Shown one piece after another: positions 25,471 through 38,888 of a DNA stretch of 64,000 bases. Source of the DNA: Trichoplax sp. H2 (lineage: Eukaryota). The notes under the pieces are model-generated. The model was not told where the DNA came from. It did not search any database and worked only from the letters and a program-made list of their open reading frames with translations. How positions within the stretch are numbered: position 1 is the stretch's first letter; each line of letters begins with the position of its first letter. The translations under genes and the position numbers were made by a program. The stretch lies in the NCBI GenBank assembly GCA_003344405.1, contig NOWV01000104.1, positions 124,001-188,000 of the forward strand, given 5' to 3'.

Positions 25471-26172
25471 TCAAGATTTGGTGTGGTGGCATCGTCTGCA
25501 ATCGCAAGATCTAATGTATTGCACTAATTTATCCACGTTATTTTTTAACGTTGGACATTTTAATTCGACTGTATTCCAAGTATGATCGACAACATGGCAG
25601 CATTCACAATGTTGCAGATTTTCTTGCCCGGCTTCTGGCGGATAGCTTTTAGGTATTCTGTAAGAATAGCACTGACCGACACAAATATGATTGGAAATTG
25701 TCTAAAAAGGAAATGAATTTAAAAGATCAAAAAATTGTAAAAGTAAAATGAGATGATCTTGAATGACGAATACGTATGATATTAATTTTACAAGCCGATT
25801 GCACAATTCTTGAAAATGTATTGCTATCGGTAATTTCTTACAAGAATAATATATATAATATACCCGTCCATAAATGAGTAGGAAACTTACTTTACTTATA
25901 CATCCTGGATGGCTCAAAACTTGCTCGATCTTAGCAAGTTTACACCAAGCTTTTTGATTTGGTGCTATCGGTAATTGCGAAATACCATAACTATGATGGC
26001 TGTTTATGCTATCTTCTACCGAATTGCTAGTCTGATGATCGTAAAGTTCAGCATTAGCAGTATTGGTACTATTTTTGTCTTGGCTGTTGACTTGAACGTT
26101 CTCAGTGCTTGCGGTTATGATGGTTATTGTAGCAAGAATGGTTAAGAGATGTAAAAGCCGATTATTCGTCAT
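25471..26172 (-). CDS. NBL1: Secreted cystine-knot BMP antagonist, DAN family (NBL1-like); 2 exons, about 170 aa
   Basis: Exon 1 (26172-25891) has a signal peptide MTNNRLLHLLTILATITIITAS and ends KAWCKLAKIEQVLSHPGCISK. Exon 2 (25701-25471) reads TISNHICVGQCYSYRIPKSYP...HCECC...WNTVELKCP...VDKLVQYIRSCDCRRC. Cys spacing and the AWC, CxGQC and VDKLV motifs match vertebrate NBL1. Confidence 0.92.
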
Positions 26173-26689
26173 ATTCCATCTACTAGCGAAAATATTAAAA
26201 CGACGAAAATTAAGTCTACTAAATGAGAAGAAACTAAAACTAATCGATAACAATATAACAGAAAACTTTTAGTTCTCGGACAGAAATAATTCTATAAATG
26301 GAGTAAAATGATGGAAGTAGGAGTTTCATCATCTACACAGGTGGAAATTACCGTTATATCAATGAAGGTAGAGATGAAATTTTTAAACAAATACTTTTTT
26401 TAAGTGTAGTTTACGAGCGCTGCTATGTGGATACTAAATATAAATATGTTTCGACAGTCTAAAAATATATGTATGCTAGTACAACAAAATTAAAATTAGA
26501 TTTTGTCGTTAAATCATTAGTTTATTTGCCATCCATTCAATTCTACAATTTCAAAGTTAGTCAATGATAAAATAGTAAAGGTATTGATTAATATTAATAA
26601 AATTTTTCCAACTGTTTAGAAAGAATAGAACTCGACGTAAGACATGATTGGTCTTGATTAGTAAGCCACTGATCTTCGATTATATTATC

Positions 26690-27263
26690 ATTAATCTACG
26701 TATCCATTTCTCAGTCGCAAAGTATTACTATCTACCTCATTTCTTTCTTATTCATAGTTTAAACAGATCCATTTTGTAAAATTTGGAGTCAGAAAAAATG
26801 GGTTGTTTCCTGATTGTACACTGTACACTATACAGTATAGATAACTTAAGTTCAATCTATGTTCATTAGATCTGTTAATCTAACTAATGAAAAAAGTTCA
26901 AATTGATTAAAAGGTTAAATTTTTATTGTAGTTTAAGTTGAAAATAACCTATCGCAACATATGCTAAATTAAACTGCTTTAATTAATGATTATTAATATA
27001 TTCATCCCTCCGTCGCAATACATTGCTATCCACCTCATTTGCCATTTGATCATAGTTGAAAATTAATCCATTTTTGCAAATTTTGGAGCCTCAAAAAATA
27101 TGTCTTCCTTATTGTATAGTATAGGTAATTTAAGTTCAATCAGTCTTTGTTAGATCTGCTAATCTAACTAATAAAAATATTAAAATAGATTAGAAGATAA
27201 AATTGTTACTATAATATAAGTCGAAAGTAATCTTTCACAATATACGTTAAATTAAACTACTTT
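26690..27263. repeat. Degenerate tandem duplication, two units of about 285 bp, upstream of NBL1
   Basis: The blocks gtcgcaa..tatc(t/c)acctcattt..catagtt..atccatttt..ttggag..ttaagttcaatc..ttagatctg(t/c)taatctaactaat..aaattaaact occur twice in the same order. Confidence 0.85.
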
Positions 27264-29195
27264 ACCACGCACTCGTTCAACTTTAAGATAATATTGTTCC
27301 TCTTGTGCATTATGCTAATCTAATCAGCTTTTGTCGAAATGATAGATAATTTGTTACAGTTGATTGTTACATTGCGCGGGCATCACTCTACACACGATAA
27401 AGAACTTAAAATTGTTTCGAGAGAAATTTAAGAGTGTTATATTGAGTCGATTATAACCTTATGTATTAGATACATGTGTGACTAAACTTCTTTACAACAC
27501 TATATTCCGACTTTAAATAGTTTGTTTCCTCATCACATCGTTTAAAACCAATCAACGTCTGTTAGAAAGATGACGAATTTGATCAAAGTAGCTCGATTAC
27601 AATATTATGGCTTCACTATCGTCTATCAATGTCATTGATGAAAAATATCAATAGAAGTAGAAGAAGAGTTTGCTAATATAGTTTATGTAATATTGAATTA
27701 ATCGTAAACTTAGACATACATAAGATTATAAATTTCAGATATGGGTCAAGGTCCAGTAATCAATCATCCATTCTACGATGGACGCGTAGAAGGCAGTTCA
27801 TGGCGATTGTGTGATCAATTTATTGATTAGGATAATTACTTCCATTCCACTACTGTTTACTCACTATTCCACCGCTATATCTTAAATGGGATAGCAAATC
27901 GATTAACGCGGTATTACAACAACATCAATCTGCTTTCTAAATCAATCTATTCTCCATATTGGATACAACTTACATGCTGATTAGGAGGAACTGTTGTAAA
28001 ATACTGATTCAATCAGTGAGTATAGAAAGGTTTCAATTTTTCAAATCTTCCAATTTTACAAGTAAACATGAAATCTTTCGTTCTTGAATGCTTTATACTG
28101 TTCATGCTCAATGTTTCTATAGGCATCCATTCTCTATTGACGTCGAAGCGATTGGACACCTACCGATCCGTCATTATTCTACGTATCCGTCGTCATGTCG
28201 ATCTATTGTGTTATAGCTAATTCCTGGTTATCCATGAGTCAATTATTGCTTATTTTCTTAGCATTAACTATGATGCAAGCAGGCTTTTGTCTAGGTTAAT
28301 TTAATAAAAATAATAAAATGCATAATCGTAATCGTCTGTTCTTTGCCGCTGTAATGGCATGATTGATTGTCATTTTTGCCTAAAAGATATGGTTGTGGAA
28401 AAGAGTATATTAATCCATTGAGTCAGTCATGCATTCCTGAATTTGAGGATTTCGTAGGCTTAGTCGCATTGACCCATGCAGTGTGCATTAGGGCATCGAT
28501 GTTATTATACACAGTTTGATCTCTTCATTTATTTTTAATCCATAGTAATGTTAAACATGGATGTAATTATCGAGCAAGAGCATTCTAAGCTCGCTAACAA
28601 AATGGTATACGATTCAAAATCTGTTGATGATCAGAAATAGGATACTATTTGATTGAGGATAACATGCTAAGAATCTGTGCATACTTGCGTCTTGTAGAAA
28701 ACTTTATTGAAGGGCTGGCTATTTGATTAACAGAACACCAGAATGGATCTCTGTTGAGTACGCGTGAATATTACTGGCAGCTTGTTTGAGGCATGTTTGC
28801 TATTCGACTTGTGATGAACCACATGATTATGTAGCATAACTGGTTAATAGGCTGGAAGATTAAGCATAGCTTTGTTACAGAATTCGACTAGTAATGAACC
28901 TCATATTGATATTGTATCTTTGTTAACTTGCTTGCATATTCTATAAAGCTTCGTTAAGGATTATAATATAATCACAATGTACTCCATGGTAATATTTAGT
29001 CCGCCTTCAATGACCATGCTAGTATATATTATACCATCGACTTCTTAACAACAATTTCCCTCTACAAGTCCCGCACCCCTAACTTAGGGTTATTCGTTTT
29101 TATAAAATTTTCCGGCCTACCTTTTTCCGCGATTTTTGGTTGTCATAGAAGGTAGCATACAGAGACAAAAAATTAAATAGTTATCTATGAGTAGA

Positions 29196-29535
29196 CCTGA
29201 TTTTCATTCTCTAAATATTATATCTAGACTGCTTGTATTAGAAGTCAGGCGAAAATCAAGGAGAAAGTGTATCTATGGTATTTCATAATGACTGGAACTA
29301 CCCTTGTCCTACTGGCTAAGTTATAGATTGTACGATGATAAAGATTTATTTCGGAACATTGTAGCCCTGATTTACATTCTCAAAAATTCGTATCTAGACT
29401 GCTTGTATTAAAAGTTAGCCGAAAATTACGGAGAAAAGAGTATCAGCAGCTTTTCATAATAGAAGGAACTACCTCAAGTCTCTACTGGCTAAGTAACAGA
29501 TCTTACCCTGATCGAGACTTCTTTCGGAGCATGCC
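29196..29535. repeat. Degenerate tandem duplication, two units of about 170 bp
   Basis: cctgattt..cattctc..tatctagactgcttgtatta..ttcataat..ggaactacc..ctactggctaagt..tttcgga is repeated. Confidence 0.88.
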
Positions 29536-31033
29536 ATTGGAGCAATAGCACGGCCTGCACTGAAACTCTACCAGTGTTAATGCTTGATTATCCTATTGAG
29601 TATTGCTGAAGAACTTCCTTTCGCCTAGCAAAATACGAGTATACAATTAATTTACTGTACATGTTTAGCCGCTGCAGGCATGCTTGTACTGGTACCTTGT
29701 ATATCTGTAGAGTTTTTTTAATGTTATCAAGAACTTTGCTGAAAAATATGCCGGAAGCGCGTGTAATAAAGTTCAAGCTTAATTTATAGAATTTGTTGAA
29801 GGATATATCCTTTCTGATGTGTGATCAATTTTTGTTCACTATCGGCTTCTTCTTTAACTTGTTCCTTCTATAACGAAAAAGCATCCTGAATTAATTAAGG
29901 AAGACCAATGCGATTGTTAGTATGCACTCTATTTGATATTTATACCTTCATAGTGATGCGGCTACATAATATCATTCGACTAGCAAAGCATACTTGTACT
30001 TCTCCGTTGTGAAATGTACGCTATTAATTTAAACTGTTAACGTATCACTTTTTCATAGATGTTCTCACCGATAGGCTCATATACTGTTATAGAATCTTGT
30101 AAAGGATTGATCATTCGGTTTACAAACGAGTACAACATATTGATATTTAATTTGTACTGATAAGTTCGAATAATATCTAGAACTTTGTTAAAAACGATAA
30201 TATATTATTTGACTGCTAATGGACTGCTAATTTATACCTCATGTATGATAAGCGTGGAAATTTTAGTAATGTATGAGATAGGGCTAGAAATGGCGTCGTT
30301 CGACTAAAAGTAGAAGCCATATTGAGGAATAGACCGAAGCTACCAAGCAAGACCTAATAATAATTAACCAATCAATTGATTGTTACTACATTCGCAGATT
30401 ATGTCGCGTTTGCAGAGAAATATACAATTTAGATTAAAAGTATATAACATATTGATCGTCAACCACAGCAACAATTTTTCGTAGAAGCTGCTATCATACA
30501 GCGCAACTAGTGTACAACATGTTGTTCTATAAGCTCTGTAAGCTCTAGAAATTAGCCTAGCAGGCTTGGTGAGAACTTGCTAATCGAACAGAAACGTAAT
30601 ATTTACTGATATTTAGTCGTCTACGAACATAATTATGGTCAAGTTAGAACACGTACTTATTACAGTAGCGATCTTACTGAGTTAATGTTTTAGGATTAAA
30701 TCGCCTAAAAGTAAAGTTGTAATGATTTACGTCAATTACACTGGCTATATTATCTTAGTTTATAGGCTGAAATACTAATATGGAGAAAACTATACATTAC
30801 TGTTTGAATTTTTTCTCATAGTTAAAATATTCCAAACAGGACCAAATGTGTAGCATTATGAACACTCCGAGTTGAATAGACGATATAGGCTAGTATAAAA
30901 ATTAAAAAGGGGCTAGCTAGTCAAAGTTTTCAGTTTTAGTTAGCTACGTAGAATAACGTATTAATGTACATTTCTCGGATATTTTCAACCGCAACTTTAT
31001 TAGTAAACATTGTATACTGTACATAAATAGCAT

Positions 31034-31440
31034 ATCACCGAACTTTTCGTATGAAAACTAAAATTTACATCAAAATTCAATAACAAGGCCTTACTACAGC
31101 AGTAGTTTTATGGTATCCCTAATTTCCCATATTGCATATGTAATACTCGTTCTAGGCTCTACTATAAAAATAAAAATTAAAAATAAAATTCAGAGGCATA
31201 ATACCGAACTTTTTGTATCAAAATCAAAAATTACTCCAAAATTTAATTAAAGTCCTTATTAATAGAGATTTGATGATATCCCGAATTTTCCATCGTGTAC
31301 TGTACGAATGTACAGTATATTAGCGTACAAGCAGTACTCGTTATAGAGTTTATTATAGTCTAAATTTCCGTAGCTAATCACCGAACATTTTACGTCAAAA
31401 CCAAAAATTACATCAAAATCAATTATATGTCCTTATTCAA
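31034..31440. repeat. Degenerate tandem triplication, period about 170 bp
   Basis: accgaac(t/a)ttt..aaaa..aaaa(t/a)ttac..caaaat..ccttat/ccttac near 31034, 31201 and 31377. Confidence 0.8.
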
Positions 31441-34387
31441 CGGCTAGTAGGGAGCTGTTAGAAATCCAGGTATGTGATTACCTTTAAAGTATAAAAGGCA
31501 TTCTAAAAGTATTGAAATTTGCCTAATAAAGTAGCACAATATAGCCTAGTCCATAGAAGATTAAACTTTATAGTTGCCAATTATAGTAATAGCGCAAACA
31601 CTGCCTAGTGTCGATAACAAATTTCAGCTTTCGCACCATCGAATTACAATTGAAGCATTTTTGGCTAACGAACTCAATTGATTTCGAGATCTCAAATTAA
31701 ACCAAATTTATACACCTAAATCCTATTTTAGCAAGTAAATTCTTCATAAATGAAATCAAAATAGTAACCTCCAGGGATTTTATAATCTTATCGACCTTAA
31801 ATGTATATGCTGTTTATGCTTGTAATTTTACTCCATGGTGATATTTAGGAACACTTATTATGTAGTCTTTAATTTCTTACTAAATAGACAAGGCGATTAG
31901 GTTGACTACTTTTAAGCGTGTTAGCCATATAATCCAAGACAGAATAATCGGCTAGGATTTAGCAGGAAGAAGAAAGAAGCTGTTGGACTAATCTAATCTA
32001 CAAAAATATATAGAGTAAAGTTCCAATTTGATAGAGCGACTATTTTGGGGGGTTTTTGCTTCAACACCATATTGATAGCGTGAACTTCATTTTGGCTGAT
32101 TAACAACGCCAACAAGCTCATGAAGATAAACTGTTGGTGATTTTACATGTCTTCTTCTGTTAATTAATTGGTGATTAAGATATTGGTGTCAAGATATTTA
32201 CTTCATCACTAAACGAATGGACATTTCAAAGTGTAAATTTACCTTCGATGTAGGATCATTTTTTATGTATTAGAAAATATTAAACATGCAAGACATAAAC
32301 GTTGACTATCTTTTAATTCTCTCAATTTAGGGTATACCTCTTTTTAAAATAGAACGGCGTAAAAGTTTCGATGTTGATTTCTTTGATACTGTCATCAGAG
32401 TAAGTAATTTCGGTTAATGACATATTTCCCTTTTACTGAGTATTCTGGCATTGTCATACAGTATATTGATGTTGAATTTTTACAGTTAAAAAAAAATTTA
32501 AAATCTGTTATATTAAGTTTAAAATTGAATAGTCGTCGAACGTTATGAATCTGAACGATGTACAACTTGACTATTTTAGGATTTAAGATCAAGCAAGAAA
32601 ACTCCCACAAGCAACGTTAAAATCATATTTCAAGAACCGTTTATGCAAGTTGCATTTAAGAATACAAATGAGGTTAGAATTTACAGTGGATCTATTCGAT
32701 GAAAAAATTGAAATGTTCTAGTGTTATTAACACGAAGGAGGAGTCTACGAATAAACGCAATTTCGAAATGCTTATATTTAGTCTCTGTTGCCTAAGGTTC
32801 TAAAGATTGAAAAAAAATTCATTGTGAAATCTTATCTTCGAAGGGATACTTTGTACCTTCGATTGCGAATCCAGGAAAATGATTTATTCGATGACATTTT
32901 GGCTATATTTACAAAGACTAGTTTAGACGTAAGTTTATCCACTTAAATAAATTGATCTCTGGATTTCAAATTATTGGCCTAAGCATTTGGTAATTATTTC
33001 CGTTTTTTTTCGATGGAATCTACCACCTCTAGCGTTGCGTGTTTGAGATAATGCTTTACAAATTCTTTCAATTGGTAACTATCATTTTTCATGAAGTTGT
33101 ATGAAAGTACACTACTTGGTCTATATGACTTTTTTCATCGATTTTCAATTTTTAGCCGGATAGAACATTTTCTCTAGTAAAACAAGCAGAAGAACTTGAT
33201 AGGAAATTATATTATAGCCAAAAGATGTTAGATTAATGAAATGGTAATTATTGTGTTATAAGAAAGCTCATAATATAAGTGTCCGTTGCGTAAAAATATC
33301 AGTTATTACTGTTCCTACAGAAAATTAGACTGGGTATCAGATAGTCGTTCGCTCAATGTGTATAATACTGTAGTATGTCAATACTCTATCAGTTAGAAAG
33401 TATAAGGATATCGTTTATTTTCTATTATTACCAAAAACTGATTGTAGCTTATCTCGATATTTTTGATTGGTATAGTGAGAATTTATCACACCACATACAT
33501 CGAAGGCAAAATCATGGCAATACGAGCATATATTGGTCTTCCATTACTATATAGAAACGTGCTTTAGTTGAAGTAATTACGGCTAAGATAAAATTGCATC
33601 GTAACAATTATATATTAAGCATAACTTCGTTTGCCCGTTGGATCAAGTTGAGCTTTTACAAATATCTAGATTTTATGATAGCATCCATAACCAAGGCTAT
33701 AACCCAGTTAAGTAAGTTTAAGCGTAGTACTTTTTATTTCATGATAATGTAACTAAAATACGCATTGGAGGTCATACGAAGGAAAATGTTGAACAAATAT
33801 CTTGGCGAAATCGAAAATGATTGATTAAATAGTTACTTCGAAATTTGTATCAACCATCTCTGATTACTCATAATTTTTATGGCGCTAATTTAGGCATATA
33901 TCAAAGAGTTCTCTAGGTTGAAACTATTACCATAACTAGTTGGCTGTCTTAAATTTCAGTTCGATATTACGACACTTACGATATGCTACAGGTTAAATCT
34001 CAGATAGCAAGGATATTGTAAATTGCAAATACTTGAATAAAATTTAGTCCTATAATCACATGTTTGTGTGAGGACAGCGTATCGTACAGAAGTTCAATAC
34101 CAATATAAAGATAAATTTTCGAAAAACTTTGCAATGTCAAGTGTCCTACACCAATGGTATGGTTAATACGGTTATTCATTAAGCAAGTTTGGCAACTAGT
34201 CTGCAAAACTGTATCTTAAGAACGTAGGAAGTTAAAGTGGTTAATACTTAAAAGCAATGATTAGTACAAAATCGTAAGGATTGAATACTAATAGTTGCAT
34301 CACTTGCAAATAAATCTAATCATCAATGACAGTTTGTTAATAAAGTCTAGGGCAGAAATCAGTTTCATAATTCTAACTCAAAATAGA

Positions 34388-37300
34388 TTAATCAAAAGAG
34401 ATTTTAGTTCCTCGAAATTCCTGAATAGATCCTTTTTTTGAAGCTGGAGGACCAGACCCTCTAGGCCTTGAGAATCCTGTTACAGTTAGAAATGTTGACT
34501 TACGTATATTGTATAAGATAATTTACCTTTTAAAAACGAAATATACATTTAAAAAAGTTTTTAAACGAACCTCGCTGTCCGCCTCCACCACGTTGCTGTC
34601 CAAAGGATCTATTAAATCCACGTCGTGGTCGACCACCTCCCCCACCTGGGGAAAAATTCGATCTTTGTCCGGCAAAATCTAGGAATATATTTCGTCCATC
34701 TATACTTTTGTTCTGCATATTTTTTAGAGCTTTCGAGGTGGCTTCGGAGTCATAAAAATCTATATGCGCAAAACTAGATCGGGTAGAAACAACAATTAAT
34801 TTTCAAAGCGTTTCTTTCATGTAAAATTAACAATATTATAAAATTCCTGATGACTACAAAACTCACCCACGTGGTTTACCAGTTTCTCTGTCTGTTGCTA
34901 TTCTAACATTTTTGCAATCTTTAAATAGCTTCTGTAGTGTTTCTTCGGTAGTATTATAAGATAAATTTTTTACAAATAGGCAGGTAGACGGTTCACTGTT
35001 GCCACCACCGCCTCCTCTACCTCCGCTCGATGGATTTGAGAAACTACGGCGTTGTTGAGATGGTGTAGTTGGCTTTGCGTTAGCATCATTTATTCTTAGA
35101 TTTCTTCCATCCAACTCAGATCCATCTAATTTGATAGCATTTTGAGCATCCGCTACAGTCTCAAAATCGGCATAGCCAAATCTATAAGTAACAGTGAATG
35201 TTATCAGTACCTGCCAAAATCATTTCCAATTGAAGGTGAACCTTTCATCCCAATTTAAAGGCATGAATCTATGATAAGATAAATAATAGTAATTGTAATT
35301 CATTTTTACCCTTTCGAATCCCCAGTATTTCTATCGGTAATAATTCTAACGGAAGCAGGCTCCAAACCGTTACTTGTAAAAAAATTAGTTAAACTGTCTG
35401 TATCGGTATCATAAGATATTTTACCAATGAATACAGTTTTTCCGCCTAAATACATATAAAGAAGGTATTAAACAGTTATCAAGTGCCGAATGAATACAAC
35501 AATATGATGGCAGGACTGCTCATGATATTGATGTTAGCGCGTGAAAATAACCTTCTTCTTCTTCTTCTTCTTTCGAACGCTTGAAGCTCGGAGTAGCATC
35601 ATTAAATTCTGATTTTCGCTTTTTGGAACCAGAATTATTACCCTTGTCAGCTACTTTTTTACCATTTTCTTTCTCGTTCGTTTGTTCGTTGGAATCTGAT
35701 TCTGAATCTTCACTATCACTAGAGTCATCGCTGGCGTCTGCTTGGATTTTAGCCTCTTTGCTCTTTACCTCTGCATCACTATCATCTGAATCATCGTCTG
35801 AACTGTCATCATTATTAGATTCATCAGAGTCTTCACTTTCACTGTCAGAATCATCGTCACTTTCTTTAGACTTTTCTACAGGGGTATCTTTCGTTGTTGA
35901 TTCCTCTTCGCTATCGTCTTCGGAATCATCACTGTCTTCTATGTTAGAAATAGTCATTAATAAATTAATAAATCAGTTACGACACCATGTAAGAATCTAT
36001 AACCAAATAGCTGACCTTCACTCTCGTCATCACTGCTGGCATCCTCACCAACAGGTTGAACATTTGAGTCTGATTCATCGCTACTGTCGTCATCATCATC
36101 GCTTGTGCTACTGCTTTTATCGGCTTTTACCTTCGTAGCTACCTTGCTTATTTCCTTGCTACTATCTTCACTCTCGCTATCTGAATCTTCGCTCGACGAT
36201 TCAGAATCTGTTTCGAAAAATATTAAATTCTGTTAGTTCTATCCCACTCAAGGCAAAGTTGAAGGGGTGTAACGTAAAGGATAATCCTATATATTATTGC
36301 GAGATAGTTACCGCTATCGACTTGCATTTTTTCAGCGGCCTCCTCTTCAGAAGAATCTAAGAGAATGGATACATAGTTTGATGATTAGTACCGTAAATAT
36401 GAGCATTAATTATGAAACAGGCATACAGTACTGTGCATGTTAAAACGATGTCAAATTAAGTAATGTCCAAGAATTTCTATTCGATGCAGGCCGAGGCACC
36501 TACCGGAGTTATCGCTGTCAGAAGTATCCGCTACAGGAGTCGGATCAGTAACTTCTTCGACGCTCGAGCTATCTTCTGAGGACTAAAATATTGCAAATAA
36601 TTACTTTAATCTTGCGTAGACGAAGAATTGGCATTAGCCACAAATAATGCATTAATTTTTAGAAAGTTTTCAGCAACAATGGGGTACATACATCATCGCT
36701 GTCGCTGTCCGAGGGAGTAGGAGGGGCCGTTACTTTTGAGCGTTTATTTGCCTTTTTGGGATTACTGGGAAGTGGTACGCAATCATTAATAGGTTGATAA
36801 AACTTACACTTTAATTATAAAGAATCTTGCCACTGTACCCATATACTTATGTACACTATACTGTAGTTTAATAACCCGTTACAATACTACTGGCTCCTGA
36901 CCATCATACACATAACAATTTTAATTCGTCGGATAAGCTAACCTTTTCTTTTCAGGTATTTTAGCAACCTAAAAGCAAATAAAGCGACACGAAAGAAAAT
37001 TTAGAATTTTTTAGAATTTATAAATCAATATACAGCGTGAATTTCTACAAAGAATTATTACCTTAGCTGGCTTGACGGCGGGATTAGAATGCTTCTCGGA
37101 TTCCTTTCTCTTAGTTTTCTTTACATCCGCTTGTTTCGTTTTCTCAGCAGCCTAAATTTACAAAATGTCAGCTCAAATTTTAGGCCAATAGCATACTTTG
37201 AACATGTATTTGAAATCGACTTGATGTAACTTCAATGTATGGTACAGTAATACTAATAAACGGCGCTCCAGCAGACCGTCAAAATACATTTACCGTGAGT

Positions 37301-37516
37301 TATCGAGTACTAATAGACTTATTATGTAAATCTTTTTTAACTGTGTAGTCTGTAGTACTTGCAGTAAATTGATTTTGTAGCTTTGAAAATCCCGTAATAT
37401 GCAACACAGTGTGAGCTAGGACAGCCTACAAGTATACTACTGTAATCGATTACCGCACATACCTTGCCTTTCTTGACGGCTGCCGTTTCACGTTTCTTCG
37501 TTTTGTCACTTCCCAT
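34388..37516 (-). CDS. NCL: Nucleolin/Nsr1/gar2-like nucleolar RNA-binding protein (acidic-serine N-terminus, 2 RRMs, G/R-rich tail); multi-exon
   Basis: Start MGSDKTKKRETAAVKKGK (37516-37463), then long D/E/S tracts. RRM1 TVFIGKISYDTD...KGFGYADF; RRM2 CLFVKNLSYNTTEETL...RGFAHIDF; RGG-like tail; C-terminus QEFRGTKISFD* (stop 34388-34390), typical of nucleolin and Nsr1. An in-frame ATG at 37555 is an alternative start. Confidence 0.88.
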
Positions 37517-38888
37517 ACTGTACAACTTTTTGCTCCAATTTTCAAATCTAGTCATTTTTACAGCAATAATAGCACGCTTAGAATGTAGCCATTACAAGAA
37601 CGGAAGCGATAAATACGATGCATAATACGCATTATACTGTAATTAGTTAACATCGGCAACATCATAGCTAAAGACACTTGTCCGTATTACAGTACAATAC
37701 ATTATATTATATTACAATCGTTGCAACAGTAGCATGCATGCCAACATTGGAAAATGAATCCAGTTGCAAAGTAGTTTGCATTGTGGGCATGCAATGGAGT
37801 AAGAATTGGAACGTTTGCAACACAAAATCTTGATCCAGTGAGTCGTATTACAGTAAATGACGAGAGTCAATAGAGTTGCCTGTAGAGTTTAGAGGAGGAT
37901 TGATTGATAGTTTCGTAGCGAGCGAGGTTTGTGCTAGAAAAGGTTCACCAGCGAGCTCAGTTACGCTCGTCTATTTAGTCATAGCTCAAGCCGGAATTAC
38001 CAGTCGACAACACATTGATGAAAAGTTTTTCAACTATCATGAATGTATCACTTCTAAGTAGTGCACAATCTATTCACAGTTTGCAGTAGACTAAATCATT
38101 ATCGTTTATACGGTCTGGTTATCAGTAGATCGCATGGAGATGCCAACGATAAAACCATAGTTACCCGCTAACAACCCACACTCATCGACCTACTCGAAGT
38201 AATTGTACTGCAAGTTACTCAATGCATTGCTAATTTCGAATGTACTAAGTAGCGTAAGCTGACATGGAAGGAATATCATTTTCATTTATTTGAATGACTG
38301 AAAATAAACCCATTGATCGCTGTCTTCTATGTCTATTGAATGCAGATAGATCTCTTCTAATTAGTACAGAGCACATGATAAGATTGAATTGATAGTAATG
38401 AACATGATCTATTAGAGCATGCTGTCTCAAGACGAGCAACTTGCTCCAACTCATGGCATCAGCGTGCGTTGTATGTCAGGTTGCAATTTCCACATAGAAT
38501 AAGCCAAAAATGGAATCAAATCTGTGCAATCAATTACTAACATCGTATAGCTTGATCATTACTATCCAATGCTATTGGCTCACGAGACAAATTAGCAGAA
38601 AGAAGTCATCAAAACACATGCACCTACCGTAGAATGGTTGTCCAAGCTGGCGGTGTCACCTGTAGCAACTTGTGGTGCAAGAAATGACAAGCTTTCCCTT
38701 TAGTTTAGAGCACAGTCTACAGTAGTGCTGACAGGCTAGTGCACCAAGCTCGAGACCTAGTCGATACACAAGCCAGCGTGGAGAATGTGAAAGCTCTGCC
38801 CTTGGATTTGATACCCCCAAATTTTGAAAAATTCTTCCAGCCACATGGATCTCGGAGGCTTGGACGTCATTTGTCGAATCTCCAGTAA

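Noticed and set aside
25702-26253. ORF-track 183-aa model of NBL1
   Set aside because: It begins at a TTG and reads into the intron. The supported model starts at ATG 26172 and splices 25891 to 25701.
29077-29089. CCCTAA-C-TTAGGG inverted telomere-like unit
   Set aside because: One unit per side only; consistent with a chance palindrome.
35204-35252. C/D snoRNA-like pattern in a nucleolin intron (GGATGA...CTGA on the minus strand, with 10 nt complementary to the 18S 3' end AGGUGAACCU)
   Set aside because: Only about 49 nt, degenerate C box, no terminal stem, and the match is not adjacent to a clear D or D' box. An Infernal or snoscan search would settle it.
35581-36138. 185-aa Ser/Leu-rich + strand ORF
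   Set aside because: Antisense shadow of the acidic nucleolin exons.
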